62,660 nt of DNA from a virus. Its lineage: Duplodnaviria > Caudoviricetes. Of this stretch, positions 10,083-20,334 are shown in pieces. The DNA lies in the IMG/VR virus record IMGVR_UViG_3300001918_000027, positions 1 to 62,660 of that record; one strand, 5' to 3'. Below the pieces are notes generated by a model, which saw only the letters and a program-made list of their open reading frames with translations, made no database searches and was not told where the DNA came from. The translations under genes were made by a program, and so were the position numbers. Within the stretch, counting starts at the first letter, position 1. Each line of letters opens with the position of its first letter.

Positions 10083-10667
10083 TTACTCAGACATGGCCTC
10101 AATAGCTGCCCAGCCACCGGTGAATTCATAAAGGGGCCTGCTGTAATCGCCGGTAAACAATACGTTCATACCGTTGAATTCTTCGAACAGCTTGCCGCTG
10201 GTACCATCGAAGTCACCGAGCTTAATTTTGAATTTCGGAATAGTGAGGCTGTTTACGAACTTCTCTCCCATTACGAAGATGCGGCCACTGTTAAGCCTTA
10301 CAACTATGCCGATACCGCAGCATATAGAAGCCGCATCTGCAGATTGCAAGAAAGTGGTAAGCGCATGACTGAGGTCGGGGAGCTGCGTGGTGATTGCATG
10401 GGTGTATTTAACACTGCTGCCGACGCTCTGCCTGCTGGGGGTGTACTCGGCTTCGTTTTCATTGAAGCCCAGCATGAAGATTTTGGCACCACCTTCAGCT
10501 GTGGCCCCATCCCTGCGGGATAACGCCGTATAGGGCTGGGCTACACCTGCTATGGGAGCCGCCTGCGTCCAGTTGAAATCGTTGGGATCGAATATGCCAA
10601 CATCGGATACCCCACCACTAACGGGGGCGCAGATGCGGTTATATTTTTTTAATACTACACAGACCAT
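10083..10667 (-). CDS. Putative major tail (tube) protein
   Basis: 194 aa, beta-rich, directly after capsid; C....GGV, G.SGK...E.NG motifs. Confidence 0.6.
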   Translation of the reverse strand: MVCVVLKKYNRICAPVSGGVSDVGIFDPNDFNWTQAAPIAGVAQPYTALSRRDGATAEGGAKIFMLGFNENEAEYTPSRQSVGSSVKYTHAITTQLPDLSHALTTFLQSADAASICCGIGIVVRLNSGRIFVMGEKFVNSLTIPKFKIKLGDFDGTSGKLFEEFNGMNVLFTGDYSRPLYEFTGGWAAIEAMSE

Positions 10668-10714
10668 TGATTACTGTTTTTATCGGTTAATAAAAATGTT
10701 AATGATTGCCGGCA

Positions 10715-11740
10715 TTATGTCCAATCAGACATTGCAACCACGATATGCTCGGGCAATGCAATCTGTGTACCGGCTTTCATGAATAATCTGTAGTACCACT
10801 TCATGTCCTTCTTTTCGTACCAAACCTCCAAAGCGGTACGGCCATCTTCGCCTTCGCCGTACTCCTTATCGGTTGCAAAAACGAAGTTTCCACGGAGGGT
10901 AAGCACAGCGGCATAACCAGGTGTACCACCTTTAATTTCTGTAATGATGGGCGTCCAGATGGGTTCATGCAGCACCGGTATACCTTTATAGGCCAACACC
11001 TTAATACCGGTTTCCAGCAGTGTATAGCCTTGCGCCTCAAGGCCAACGCTGATGAGGTAATCTTCGTAACCGTTAGCAATTTCTTTGCTCACGTAAAAGG
11101 CCTTTTGGCCATCTTCGAAGCTGTACATCAGCGGGTTCTGTTTGTCATACAAATCCTTGATAAGATTGTAGGCTGCAGCCGGGTTGGTTTGGTAGTTGGT
11201 GTTTGCCGCAATCACAGCGGTTTGGCCAGCGGGAATAACAGCACCGGATATGTACCGCTTAATCCACTTAAAGATACCATCAAATACATTGGTACTCCAG
11301 ATAGCCGTAGGTGAAGTTACACGATCTACATCACCAAAGTAGCTATTTGCAGCCACGTCGATGTTTACTGCGCCCTGGAAATACGGCAATATCTTGTTGC
11401 CAAACAGGGGATCACGGTTGCGCCAATCCTTCAGGGCTCCCTGATAGAATTCGTTTCGGCAGAGGGTTGTAGCACCGTAGATCTCATCTACAACGATTTG
11501 ACGGGTGGTGGCACCAACTACTTTTTTGTAATTCAAATCGCAGCTACCATCCCGGCGTTGCAATATGTTTTGTACCCTGCGGATGTCGATGATGGGGCGC
11601 TTGCTTACCACATTATCCATGATGGTGAATTCATTCAGGGTGCCGCGATAAGGGAAGCCCTGAGGTATGATGTCCTGAAAGGCCGGCTGAATTACGGCCT
11701 GATGGAACGAAAGCGAATCGATACTTACTGTTTCAAACAT
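10715..11740 (-). CDS. Major capsid protein
   Basis: 341 aa, follows protease and decoration gene; HK97-like C-terminal pattern (YKGIPV...). Confidence 0.75.
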   Translation of the reverse strand: MFETVSIDSLSFHQAVIQPAFQDIIPQGFPYRGTLNEFTIMDNVVSKRPIIDIRRVQNILQRRDGSCDLNYKKVVGATTRQIVVDEIYGATTLCRNEFYQGALKDWRNRDPLFGNKILPYFQGAVNIDVAANSYFGDVDRVTSPTAIWSTNVFDGIFKWIKRYISGAVIPAGQTAVIAANTNYQTNPAAAYNLIKDLYDKQNPLMYSFEDGQKAFYVSKEIANGYEDYLISVGLEAQGYTLLETGIKVLAYKGIPVLHEPIWTPIITEIKGGTPGYAAVLTLRGNFVFATDKEYGEGEDGRTALEVWYEKKDMKWYYRLFMKAGTQIALPEHIVVAMSDWT

Positions 11741-11780
11741 TTGTTATTGATTGAAAGCGTTAAAAAATTGGTTTACTTCA

Positions 11781-12170
11781 TTACTGCTTATCCCAGTTGG
11801 CAACTGCAGCAGTGGCACCGGCTAAGGCGAATATTTCGCCACGGCCGTCGGCTATGAGGCCATTGTTGGTAATCACGGTTACACACACGACAACGGGCTT
11901 GCTGGTGTTCAGCGTTGCCAAATCAATCGTTTTGGCACCCGGTGCACCGGTAGTGGTGATGGTGTCGCGCAGCTCCTTACCAAGGTAATCCGTTACCCGA
12001 ACATGCGCCTTCTTCAGGCCATCGGTTGAGGGATAAGTTGAGCTGTCGGTTACTACCAAATCGCCCGATGTAATGGCAAGGCCAACACTTGGATTGAAGG
12101 CCGCAACCGGTGTGCCTTCGAGGTGCAACTTGTCTCTTAGGCCGCTGTTATCAAATGCGTTTTGACTCAT
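11781..12170 (-). CDS. Putative head decoration protein
   Basis: 129 aa beta-rich protein between protease and capsid genes. Confidence 0.5.
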   Translation of the reverse strand: MSQNAFDNSGLRDKLHLEGTPVAAFNPSVGLAITSGDLVVTDSSTYPSTDGLKKAHVRVTDYLGKELRDTITTTGAPGAKTIDLATLNTSKPVVVCVTVITNNGLIADGRGEIFALAGATAAVANWDKQ

Positions 12171-12207
12171 TGTCTAAATTTTGCTGGTGAAAGAAATTTG
12201 TTATGAC

Positions 12208-13383
12208 TTAGGCAGTGGTTGGAATATTCCACCTGCCGATAGGCTCGTCGGTTTTTTCGTTTTTGGGCTTGGTTTCTTTGCCCTTGTTTTGAGCAATTTC
12301 TTCTTCCAAATCCTTTGCCTTTTGTTCGAGTTCCTTAACCTTTTGACTTAGATTGCTGACATCATCGCCCTTAGGCAGTTTGGCGTCCTGTATCGCCTTG
12401 TTAACAGCGTTGGAAATCAGGGTGGCAACATCCTGGCCTTTCAGGGCTTCGGTTACCGCATTTTTCGCCTGATCGGCCACAGAGGTTTCGAACTGTTCAG
12501 CCACGTTTTCAAATGGCTTACTTACGGCCTCAGCAATGCTGTTCACCAGGCTTTCCTGACTGCCATCTTCTGCCGGCTTTACTCCTTTAATGGCGTTCAT
12601 GATGGAGTTGCCCAAATCGGTGAAGAATTTCTTCATCTCATTAAATTGTTTGGTGATTAAATCGTGTTGGTTAGGTTCTTGCTGAGCTCGTGGCGATGTA
12701 GGCGGCTTGCCTACGGCAGAGTTGTACGCATTGAGTACAGCGATGTTGCTAAAGTTCCAGAGCTCTTTTGGAATAGCATTTGTGAAGCCGACTTCATCGG
12801 TTAGTGTTTTTACAAAGCCTTTGTTTACGGTTTCCTCACCGGTTAACCAGGTTTCCTGGTCCATTAGTTTGGTGATTTCCTCCTTCCGAAGCCCGGTGGC
12901 CTCTGCATAGAAGTCGCGAATCCTGTCATTGAATTTCCGCAGGGTTTTTGCGTAGTTTTCGATTACATAAACATCACCATATACACCACCGCTGGCATTA
13001 TGCACCATGAACCAGCTATTCTTTGTGATTTCGCTGTTGCGGCCTGCCATAAGTATGTAGGTGGCTGCACTGGCAATAATTCCCCGGCCAATGGTATTGA
13101 CGGTTTTGCCCTTTTTCTGAAGATCAACCAGGAGGTCGTACATAGCCATGGCATCGCCCACGTGCCCACCATAGCTATTGATGTAAATGTTAAAGGTCTT
13201 TGCCTCACTGGCCGTTAGTTGATCGCGGAGAGACTTGTAAGAAACGCTGGTTTCATCACCCCACCAATCCCGCAATATTTGCTGTGTTTCAGCATCTACA
13301 ATAACACCATCAATGTAAACATCAATGGCATCGTTGGCCTGATTCTGGATGGAGAAATTAAATACTTGTAGCTTCTTTTTCAT
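12208..13383 (-). CDS. ClpP-like prohead protease with C-terminal scaffold
   Basis: INSYGG, ASAAT, FMVHNAS, ETWL..EE..GF motifs; coiled-coil C-terminus. Confidence 0.92.
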   Translation of the reverse strand: MKKKLQVFNFSIQNQANDAIDVYIDGVIVDAETQQILRDWWGDETSVSYKSLRDQLTASEAKTFNIYINSYGGHVGDAMAMYDLLVDLQKKGKTVNTIGRGIIASAATYILMAGRNSEITKNSWFMVHNASGGVYGDVYVIENYAKTLRKFNDRIRDFYAEATGLRKEEITKLMDQETWLTGEETVNKGFVKTLTDEVGFTNAIPKELWNFSNIAVLNAYNSAVGKPPTSPRAQQEPNQHDLITKQFNEMKKFFTDLGNSIMNAIKGVKPAEDGSQESLVNSIAEAVSKPFENVAEQFETSVADQAKNAVTEALKGQDVATLISNAVNKAIQDAKLPKGDDVSNLSQKVKELEQKAKDLEEEIAQNKGKETKPKNEKTDEPIGRWNIPTTA

Positions 13384-13491
13384 CGCAGTACAAAGCTGCG
13401 AGGTATTTTTACTATTTTTTAGTTATAAAAACTATTTTGGTAACAAAGTTTGTAAGCGATTCCGAAAGCTCGTTGAAAAAAAAGTTTTTAA

Positions 13492-13527
13492 AAACATTTG
13501 TTTATTTACAAATGTTTACTATTTTTG
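13492..13527 (+). promoter_or_regulatory. Bacteroidota primary-sigma promoter with overlapping palindromic operator
   Basis: TTTG (13497-13500), 19-bp spacer, TATTTTTG (13520-13527); inverted repeat AAACATTTGT-N6-ACAAATGTTT at 13492-13517. Confidence 0.75.
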
Positions 13528-13574
13528 TACTCACAAACAGGGACGGCAATCCCTTCGGTCTAAAAAAATAAACT

Positions 13575-14345
13575 ATGAGTAAAGTAAAATGCTACAGCGT
13601 TCGACTCGCAGCGCTTACCTCAATTTCAGAAAAGGCCTACAAGGCCTCTGGCTTCGACGGTTCAGAAGCCATAATTCCAAAGTCTGCTGTATTTGGTCCC
13701 GATTGCGAAGTTCAAAAAAGTGATGCTTACTGGATTGCTGCCTTTGCCCTAAAAGGCAAGAGCTTGCAATACAGTGAGAAAAAGATTGAATGGTTCGAGA
13801 TGGAATTTGAACCCAAGCAGGAGGAGGCCAAAGCAGAACCGGAACCAATCGACGAAACACCGGTAAGGGGCTATTTCCTTCGCTGGCAGGAAGTAAGGAT
13901 TAAGATAAATGCTTACGGCAAATTAGCCACCCGGAACCGGCAACACATTTACACCTATGAGGGCCCTGCACATCAGGCTCCGAAAGGCTTTGTACCACTC
14001 CCCGATGATGAGTTTGAGATGGCGAAGAAGAAAGAGGGAGAAATGATTGAACCCTATACAACTCCTGATTTTGCAGCCATGATACAGGCCCAAAGGGATG
14101 CAGAAGAGAGGATTGCAAAACGTGAGCAGGACATGACTCAGCAAAGGGAGAAATGGGAAGCCAACGAAGCCGAAAAAGAAGCTAAGGTTGCTGCATTCAG
14201 GGCTAAACTCGAAACCATTACCGACCTGGAGGAAATGCTAAAAGAATGGAAAGCCGCTGGTGCACCACACCCTGCACCAAAACAGATATGTGAGGCCAAA
14301 AATGCATCAGGCCTCGGCTGGAGACCATTTATTGAATCAATTTAA
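13575..14345 (+). CDS. Hypothetical protein (first gene of plus-strand island)
   Basis: 256-aa ORF downstream of promoter. Confidence 0.7.
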   Translation: MSKVKCYSVRLAALTSISEKAYKASGFDGSEAIIPKSAVFGPDCEVQKSDAYWIAAFALKGKSLQYSEKKIEWFEMEFEPKQEEAKAEPEPIDETPVRGYFLRWQEVRIKINAYGKLATRNRQHIYTYEGPAHQAPKGFVPLPDDEFEMAKKKEGEMIEPYTTPDFAAMIQAQRDAEERIAKREQDMTQQREKWEANEAEKEAKVAAFRAKLETITDLEEMLKEWKAAGAPHPAPKQICEAKNASGLGWRPFIESI

Positions 14346-14441
14346 AACTAAGTGAGGCGTTGCATCCGGGCATTTTCTGTCTGGTAGCAATGCCTATTAA
14401 TCGCACCTTAAGGAATTCGATAACAATTCAAAAACGTTTTT

Positions 14442-15035
14442 ATGTCAAAGCAATCAATTCGCCTTATTGTTGAAGGCGATAAAGTAAAGGTAGTTACTCC
14501 TTATCATCCCGAATTCGTGCATCGGGCCAGGAAACTCAGAGGTGACTGGGATGGCAAAGCCTGGGTATTTGATGAAACCATGCTGGATTACGTGAAAGAC
14601 CTGATGATTAAGTGTTATGGTGTTACCGGTGAGGTGCCTTACGAAACCTGCATACTTGTGGTTACTAATTACAACGACAGCAACTATGGTGGGGCCTGCG
14701 AACTATTTGGACGCACTATTGCCAAGGCCTGGGGTAGGGATAGTGGCGCAAAACTCGGAGACGACATATTTCTCATTAACGGTAGCATTGGCTCCGGTGG
14801 TAGTGTGAAAAACTGGAAGACGGTGGTAACAGATGCCACGCTTGAAATACATGATTTTCCCTTACCTCGTACCGAATTCGAAGACGTGAAAAAAGCCTTG
14901 CAGGAGGGCTGGGTTACGATAAAAATGCCAAAGCCTAAGGCCAGGTCTATTCAGCAAATAGAAGCAGATCTTGCAGAAGCGGTGGCAAAAGTAGATGCCC
15001 TTCGTGAAGAACTTAAAAATGCACAACAACAATGA
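14442..15035 (+). CDS. Hypothetical protein with HARP-like N-terminus
   Basis: TPYHPEFV..ARKL.G.WD.KAW motif. Confidence 0.6.
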   Translation: MSKQSIRLIVEGDKVKVVTPYHPEFVHRARKLRGDWDGKAWVFDETMLDYVKDLMIKCYGVTGEVPYETCILVVTNYNDSNYGGACELFGRTIAKAWGRDSGAKLGDDIFLINGSIGSGGSVKNWKTVVTDATLEIHDFPLPRTEFEDVKKALQEGWVTIKMPKPKARSIQQIEADLAEAVAKVDALREELKNAQQQ

Positions 15036-16675
15036 CATTAGAGCAGCTTTCATATCGAATAAAAGGCTCTAAGTTGATAAAACTGGAAAAAACTGGCACC
15101 GAACGGCTTTATCTCCGTTTCGGTGCCAACAACCAGTACATGAGCACCACGGCTTACCTAACCGTGGTAAACGACAGGATTGATGCCGTTGTAAAGGTGG
15201 AAAACCGCAAGGCGCAGCAACTTCATGATCCCGAAAGAGCAACGAGGTACAAGCAGGACATCGTTGAACAATTTCACGAGTTGATTTACGATTGTGAACT
15301 TGAGAGGAAAAAGGTGCCCCTGCATGAAAGGCTTCGTGACAGCATAACTCCGGTTTACGAAAACAGCCTCCTCCATCAGGCTCAGGCATTGCGGTTCCTT
15401 TGCAGCATGAAAGTATCTGCCCTATTTGCAGACACTGGTACCGGCAAAAGCAAAATCATTTTAGACCTAATAAACAGCAGGTATGAAGCCACTCAAATAC
15501 GAAAGGCTTTGATTTTTTGCCCGGTTGCCACTAAAAAGAACTTCGACGATGAAATAAAAAAGTGGCACCCAAAAACCAAAGTGGAATTCAAAATCGTTGG
15601 GATCGAGAGCATGGGCTCCAGTGACAGAATATTTTTGGAGGCCCTGAATTGGGTTTGTGATGAGACCCAAATCGTAATTGATGAAAGCCATTTTTGCAAA
15701 AACCCATTTGCAAAACGTAGCCTAAGGATACAGAAATGCTGCGACAAAACCAGCTACAAGGCAATACTTACCGGCACACCATTTGAACATCCGAAAGATA
15801 TATATCAGCAATTCGCTTTGCTGTCGCCACTTATAACTGGTTGTAGTAACTACATAAAGTTTGAGCAAAAATACCTCATCATGGGAGGTCCGGCAATGGA
15901 TGAAGTCATTGGTTACAAAAACCTTGACCACCTGTTGGGATTGATAGAACCATACACTTATCAGGTAAGAAAGGAGGATGTATTGAACCTCCCTGCCAAA
16001 CAGTTCCATGAGCGGTACTGCGGGCTCAATGCCAGGCAAGAAGAATTATATAACATTGAGAAAGAAAACCTGCTAAAGGAAATCGAAAACGAGAACATTG
16101 ACGCTCACACTATTTTCAGGTATTTTACCCTACTCCAGCAAATCAGCTGTGGGTTTTACAAACCGAGCCGTGATGCTGAGGTAGAAGATATTGGCAGTAA
16201 TAAACTCGAATTGCTTACTGCGACTGGAATATCGGAGGGGCAAACCCTGTTTTTCTGTAAATACTTATTTGAAACCGAGAAGCTGATAGCATACCTTGGT
16301 AAAGAAAACTGTGCTGTGTTTACCGGGCAAAACACCAAAACCCGGGATGATGAAAAAAACTTATTTGCAACCGGTGAAAAGCGCTATTTTGTAGCCACGA
16401 TGGGCAGCGGAGGCGTTGGTCTCAACGGCCTTCAGGTATGCAGCAGGATAGTTTTCTATTCTAACAGCTTTGCCTGGATGCAAAGAAAGCAATGCATTGG
16501 CAGGATAGACAGACAGGGTCAGGTGAATGGAATGAATATCTATGACCTCATTACAAATTCCGGTATTGATTACAGGATCCAGGCGAACCTTAGCCGAAAA
16601 GGCAACTTAGCTGATGAAATCAGGTCCTTATTGATAGATAAAACTAAATTGAAGCAATATGTCGAAAAATTATAA
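15032..16675 (+). CDS. SNF2-family (DEAD/DEAH-like) helicase
   Basis: DTGTGKS Walker A, IDESH, LTGTP, GGVGLN, QCIGRIDRQGQ. Confidence 0.9.
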   Translation: MTLEQLSYRIKGSKLIKLEKTGTERLYLRFGANNQYMSTTAYLTVVNDRIDAVVKVENRKAQQLHDPERATRYKQDIVEQFHELIYDCELERKKVPLHERLRDSITPVYENSLLHQAQALRFLCSMKVSALFADTGTGKSKIILDLINSRYEATQIRKALIFCPVATKKNFDDEIKKWHPKTKVEFKIVGIESMGSSDRIFLEALNWVCDETQIVIDESHFCKNPFAKRSLRIQKCCDKTSYKAILTGTPFEHPKDIYQQFALLSPLITGCSNYIKFEQKYLIMGGPAMDEVIGYKNLDHLLGLIEPYTYQVRKEDVLNLPAKQFHERYCGLNARQEELYNIEKENLLKEIENENIDAHTIFRYFTLLQQISCGFYKPSRDAEVEDIGSNKLELLTATGISEGQTLFFCKYLFETEKLIAYLGKENCAVFTGQNTKTRDDEKNLFATGEKRYFVATMGSGGVGLNGLQVCSRIVFYSNSFAWMQRKQCIGRIDRQGQVNGMNIYDLITNSGIDYRIQANLSRKGNLADEIRSLLIDKTKLKQYVEKL

Positions 16676-17075
16676 AATCATCGAGCAAAAAGGCGAAAAC
16701 ATAGGAATAACAACCCTTATTGGTCGCTTTGCAATGAGCCCTGAAGTGATCCGTGAAATGGGAGGTTTCCCAATCCTTACCAGTGATAAATTTCATTGGT
16801 GGGTGGCTTTGGATGGCAAAAAAGTCGTTTCTTTTGCAGCCATCAAGGTTCAAGCTAAATCAGCTGTACTAACCTATGCCTATACCGTACCAGAACACAG
16901 ACGTAAAGGATTGCATAAGCGCCTTTTAAATGAACGGATTCAATGGGCTATGGCAAATGGCATAACAATCCTAAAGGCTGATTGCACACCGGCAAGCCTG
17001 CCAAACTTTAAAAAGTTAGGCTTTACTGTTATAAAAGAATTCACAGGTTGGACTAAAGTAGAAAAGAAGTTATGA
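16659..17075 (+). CDS. GNAT-family acetyltransferase
   Basis: YTVPEHRRKGL motif A, F.KLGF motif B. Confidence 0.88.
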   Translation: MSKNYKIIEQKGENIGITTLIGRFAMSPEVIREMGGFPILTSDKFHWWVALDGKKVVSFAAIKVQAKSAVLTYAYTVPEHRRKGLHKRLLNERIQWAMANGITILKADCTPASLPNFKKLGFTVIKEFTGWTKVEKKL

Positions 17076-18346
17076 AAAAATATATTGACATCGATGTGTA
17101 TCAAGCTTTCAGAAATAGATTAAAGTTTGTGTTCGACGAATTCGAAGCCGTATATCTTTCGTTTTCCGGAGGCAAGGACAGCAGCGTCATGCTACAACTT
17201 ACAAATCAATATGCAAAAGAAATTGGGCGAAAGTTTGATGTTTTTTTCCTCGATTTTGAGGCTCAATATACTATGACGATAGCCCATGTATATGAATTAA
17301 AGCAGCTCTCACAAATACGCAACTTCTACCACTATTGCCTACCGCTGGAAAACGAGGACAACCCAAGTAGCATATTTCGTCCAACATGGATACCATGGGA
17401 TGAAAGTGAAAAACATTTGTGGGTCCGCCAGATGCCCGAGGATGCAATAGACATCACAACGGTACCCACAGAAGTATTTAAAAAAGGGCAAGAATGGGAA
17501 GACCTCTTGAAACAGTTTCCTCAATTCCTAAAGGCCAAATACAAAACCGACAAAGTTGGCTGCCTTGTAGGAATTCGTACCGATGAAAGCTACCATCGCT
17601 TCCGCTCTGTTGCTTTCGGTATAAACCGCTACAAAGAACAAAACTGGAGCACAGACTTGGGTAAAGGTGTTTACAATTTTTACCCACTTTACGACTGGAG
17701 TACCCAAGATATATGGCATGCCGTCTGGCGGTTCCGTTTGGCATACAACAGGGTATATGAATACATGTGGCAAATGGGTATCGGTATCCATGAGCAAAGA
17801 ATTTGCCACCCATTCGGACAAGATCAGCGAGTATCTCTAAACCAGTGGGCAGTGATAGAGCCGGAAACCTGGGCTAAAGTAGTAAATAGGGTTAGTGGTG
17901 CCAATTTTGGCAACATCTATGCTAAAACCAGCCTATTGGGTCACAACGGCACCAGCAAGCCAGAATACATGAGTTGGGAACAATACGCAGTATTTCTGCT
18001 TGAAAGCATCGGCCTTTATTCCCCTGACCTTCGCGATCATTACGTTAGGAAGATCAGAATATTGTTTGATTACATAAAAGAGCAAGCGGATATAGATAGA
18101 AGGGATATAACTGAAGACCATTTGGCAAAACCTGAAAAGCTAAAAGATTGGGTAAGTTGGAAACGGATTGCCCGTACAATTGAGAAAAACGATTTTCAAT
18201 GTAGAGGGTTAAGTTATGGGCTTACGCAGGAGGATAGAAAAACCATGCAGAAACTCAAAACCAAATGGGGCAAGCTGTTAGGCCTTGAACACTACACAGA
18301 CAAAGCAATGAAAGAACTTTCAAAACAAATTGATTATGAAATTTAA
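17072..18346 (+). CDS. ibrA: IbrA/YbdN-like PAPS-reductase-family PP-loop protein (DUF3440)
   Basis: SFSGGKDS, D.EAQY, GIRTDES..R, PLYDW, QRICHPFG, RVSGANFG, NDF.CRGL. Confidence 0.85.
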   Translation: MKKYIDIDVYQAFRNRLKFVFDEFEAVYLSFSGGKDSSVMLQLTNQYAKEIGRKFDVFFLDFEAQYTMTIAHVYELKQLSQIRNFYHYCLPLENEDNPSSIFRPTWIPWDESEKHLWVRQMPEDAIDITTVPTEVFKKGQEWEDLLKQFPQFLKAKYKTDKVGCLVGIRTDESYHRFRSVAFGINRYKEQNWSTDLGKGVYNFYPLYDWSTQDIWHAVWRFRLAYNRVYEYMWQMGIGIHEQRICHPFGQDQRVSLNQWAVIEPETWAKVVNRVSGANFGNIYAKTSLLGHNGTSKPEYMSWEQYAVFLLESIGLYSPDLRDHYVRKIRILFDYIKEQADIDRRDITEDHLAKPEKLKDWVSWKRIARTIEKNDFQCRGLSYGLTQEDRKTMQKLKTKWGKLLGLEHYTDKAMKELSKQIDYEI

Positions 18347-19007
18347 TTACACCGAAATCGTAATAAAGCAAATTACCGAAAACTTAATTGAGCAAATCAA
18401 TAGTATTGAAGACACCGAAAGTAAGGTAAATTCATTAAACTATGTTAGGTCTGCTTTGCATGCAGTAAGCCCTTTTAAGGATAATCCTGTTGACTTTGTC
18501 GAATGGGTACCGGCTGAATATGTAAGGGCAAATGACTACAATCCAAATGCAGTTGCACCTCCTGAAATGAAGCTACTAAAGCTGTCTATCGATGAAGACG
18601 GATATACCCAGCCAATAGTTTCTGATAAGGTTACGATTAACGACAGGGAGGTTGTTGACGGATTCCACAGGAACAGAATAGGCCGGGAGTTTCCCGATGT
18701 TAAAAAGCGGCTGCATGGCTACTTGCCTCTAGTAACTATTCGCAATAGCCAAAAAGATAAGCAAAACAGAATTGCGGCTACCATCAGGCATAACCGGGCT
18801 AGAGGCACCCATTCAATAAAGGGTATGAGTGATATTGTTTTATCACTTATAGAAATGGGTTGGAATGATACCCAAATAGCGAAACACCTTGGAATGGATC
18901 CTGAGGAAGTCATGAGGCTAAAACAAATTACAGGCCTTCCCCAGGCATTTTCAAACCATGAATTCAGCAAAAGCTGGGAGGAATTCGAAAGCAAGCATAC
19001 AAAATAA
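18336..19007 (+). CDS. ibrB: IbrB/YbdM-like ParB N-terminal-domain protein
   Basis: ANDYNPNAVAPPEM.LL..SI..DGYTQP, VDGFHR, ATIRHNRARG.H, C-terminal HTH. Confidence 0.88.
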   Translation: MKFNYTEIVIKQITENLIEQINSIEDTESKVNSLNYVRSALHAVSPFKDNPVDFVEWVPAEYVRANDYNPNAVAPPEMKLLKLSIDEDGYTQPIVSDKVTINDREVVDGFHRNRIGREFPDVKKRLHGYLPLVTIRNSQKDKQNRIAATIRHNRARGTHSIKGMSDIVLSLIEMGWNDTQIAKHLGMDPEEVMRLKQITGLPQAFSNHEFSKSWEEFESKHTK

Positions 19008-19084
19008 AAAATGCCCCCTCGGTCGGCAAACCTTGGGGGCGGTTCATCTTTCGGTCTAACAAAAAATAAACAGGAGGCAAAACT

Positions 19085-20122
19085 ATGTTTAAAATCTTTA
19101 AGGCACAAAAAAAGGCCTTTCTTCCGCTGTACAAAGCCATTGCGGACAAAATCAGTAAGGGTGAGGTACTTACCCCGGATGGCAGCAAGTTCACTAAAAA
19201 CACGATTTATAACTACAAAAGCGGAAGCTACCGCTTCAGTCAGTACGAAGCCGAAAACGGAATAATTTACCTCGAAGACATCAATCCCCAATGGGCTGAA
19301 CAGTTCTCGGTGTTTTTGATGAAAAAGGGTTATTGCAAAAACACTATTGCTGTAACGCTGGCAAGGTTAAAAGCCGTTTTGAGGAGGCTTTATGACCAGG
19401 GTGTATCGAAGTACAACGGCAATGGCATAAGGGCTAGTTCTGAACTAACAACCGCTGTTTATAGCAGTATTGAAGACATACGGCAGCTGATGGAGTATGA
19501 TTTTTCCAATACGCCGGGATTGGAAAGAGTAAGGGATATCTATGTTCTGCAATGCTTTATAGGGCTTAGATATAGTGATTTGGCTTCCATTCTGGAGGAG
19601 CCCAAGCGTTTCCTTAGGGACATCGGAGGCAATTTGTTTTTTGATATCAAAACCCAGAAAACCGGGGAGGTGGTTGTAATTCCTGTGGCTCAAGTAGTAA
19701 AAAAGATCCTGGAGAAATATGGCTATACCTTTGGCAAATGCTTTAGCTATCAGTACTACAATAAGTCCATAAAGGAAATCGGCAGGCTTGCTGGCCTCAA
19801 TCAGGAAATTTCCTGCAGCAGGACGGAAGGTGGCACCCGGGTAGATACAGTTAGGCTAAAATGGGCGATGATGAGCAGCCACACCGCAAGGCGAACCTTT
19901 GCCACTAATGCTTTTTTAGCCGGGCTGCCGGAAAAAAGCATTATGGTCATTACCGGCCATAAAACACATTTGGCATTCAATAAATACATCCGGTGCTCCA
20001 GCCTCGACAACGCCATAAAATTGGCAAATCATGACTTTTTCCACCTTGATTTACCCGTAATAATTACCTTGCCGCCACCAAATCAACCGAAATTAACAGA
20101 TGAAAACAGCGACGACAGATGA
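19085..20122 (+). CDS. Tyrosine recombinase/integrase (Bacteroidota type, SAM-like plus catalytic domain)
   Basis: GLRYSD, TQKT, SSHTARRTFAT, TGH, YIR catalytic residues. Confidence 0.92.
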   Translation: MFKIFKAQKKAFLPLYKAIADKISKGEVLTPDGSKFTKNTIYNYKSGSYRFSQYEAENGIIYLEDINPQWAEQFSVFLMKKGYCKNTIAVTLARLKAVLRRLYDQGVSKYNGNGIRASSELTTAVYSSIEDIRQLMEYDFSNTPGLERVRDIYVLQCFIGLRYSDLASILEEPKRFLRDIGGNLFFDIKTQKTGEVVVIPVAQVVKKILEKYGYTFGKCFSYQYYNKSIKEIGRLAGLNQEISCSRTEGGTRVDTVRLKWAMMSSHTARRTFATNAFLAGLPEKSIMVITGHKTHLAFNKYIRCSSLDNAIKLANHDFFHLDLPVIITLPPPNQPKLTDENSDDR

Positions 20123-20321
20123 AGCCTTTGAGCAGATGATACACACCAGAGGCATATATAAGCAACTAAATTTGGCTCAATATACGGTAATGAGAATAAG
20201 GCTTGACCTCAAGAAAGGGGCCCTAAGCATGTCACTTGATCGCAAAATTGAGCTATTGAAATTGGCAGGCTGGCACATTGCTCAGGAAATGAAATGGGCA
20301 AAAAAGGTTAAGCAGTCATGA
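20100..20321 (+). CDS. Small putative DNA-binding protein
   Basis: 73 aa, basic, overlaps recombinase stop. Confidence 0.5.
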   Translation: MKTATTDEAFEQMIHTRGIYKQLNLAQYTVMRIRLDLKKGALSMSLDRKIELLKLAGWHIAQEMKWAKKVKQS

Positions 20322-20334
20322 GTACCTTTGCCAA

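Noticed and set aside
19085-20122. Integron integrase for the cassettes
   Set aside because: Motifs (SSHTARRTFAT) are those of Bacteroidota phage/transposon-type integrases; no recognisable IntI features and 25 kb from the array.
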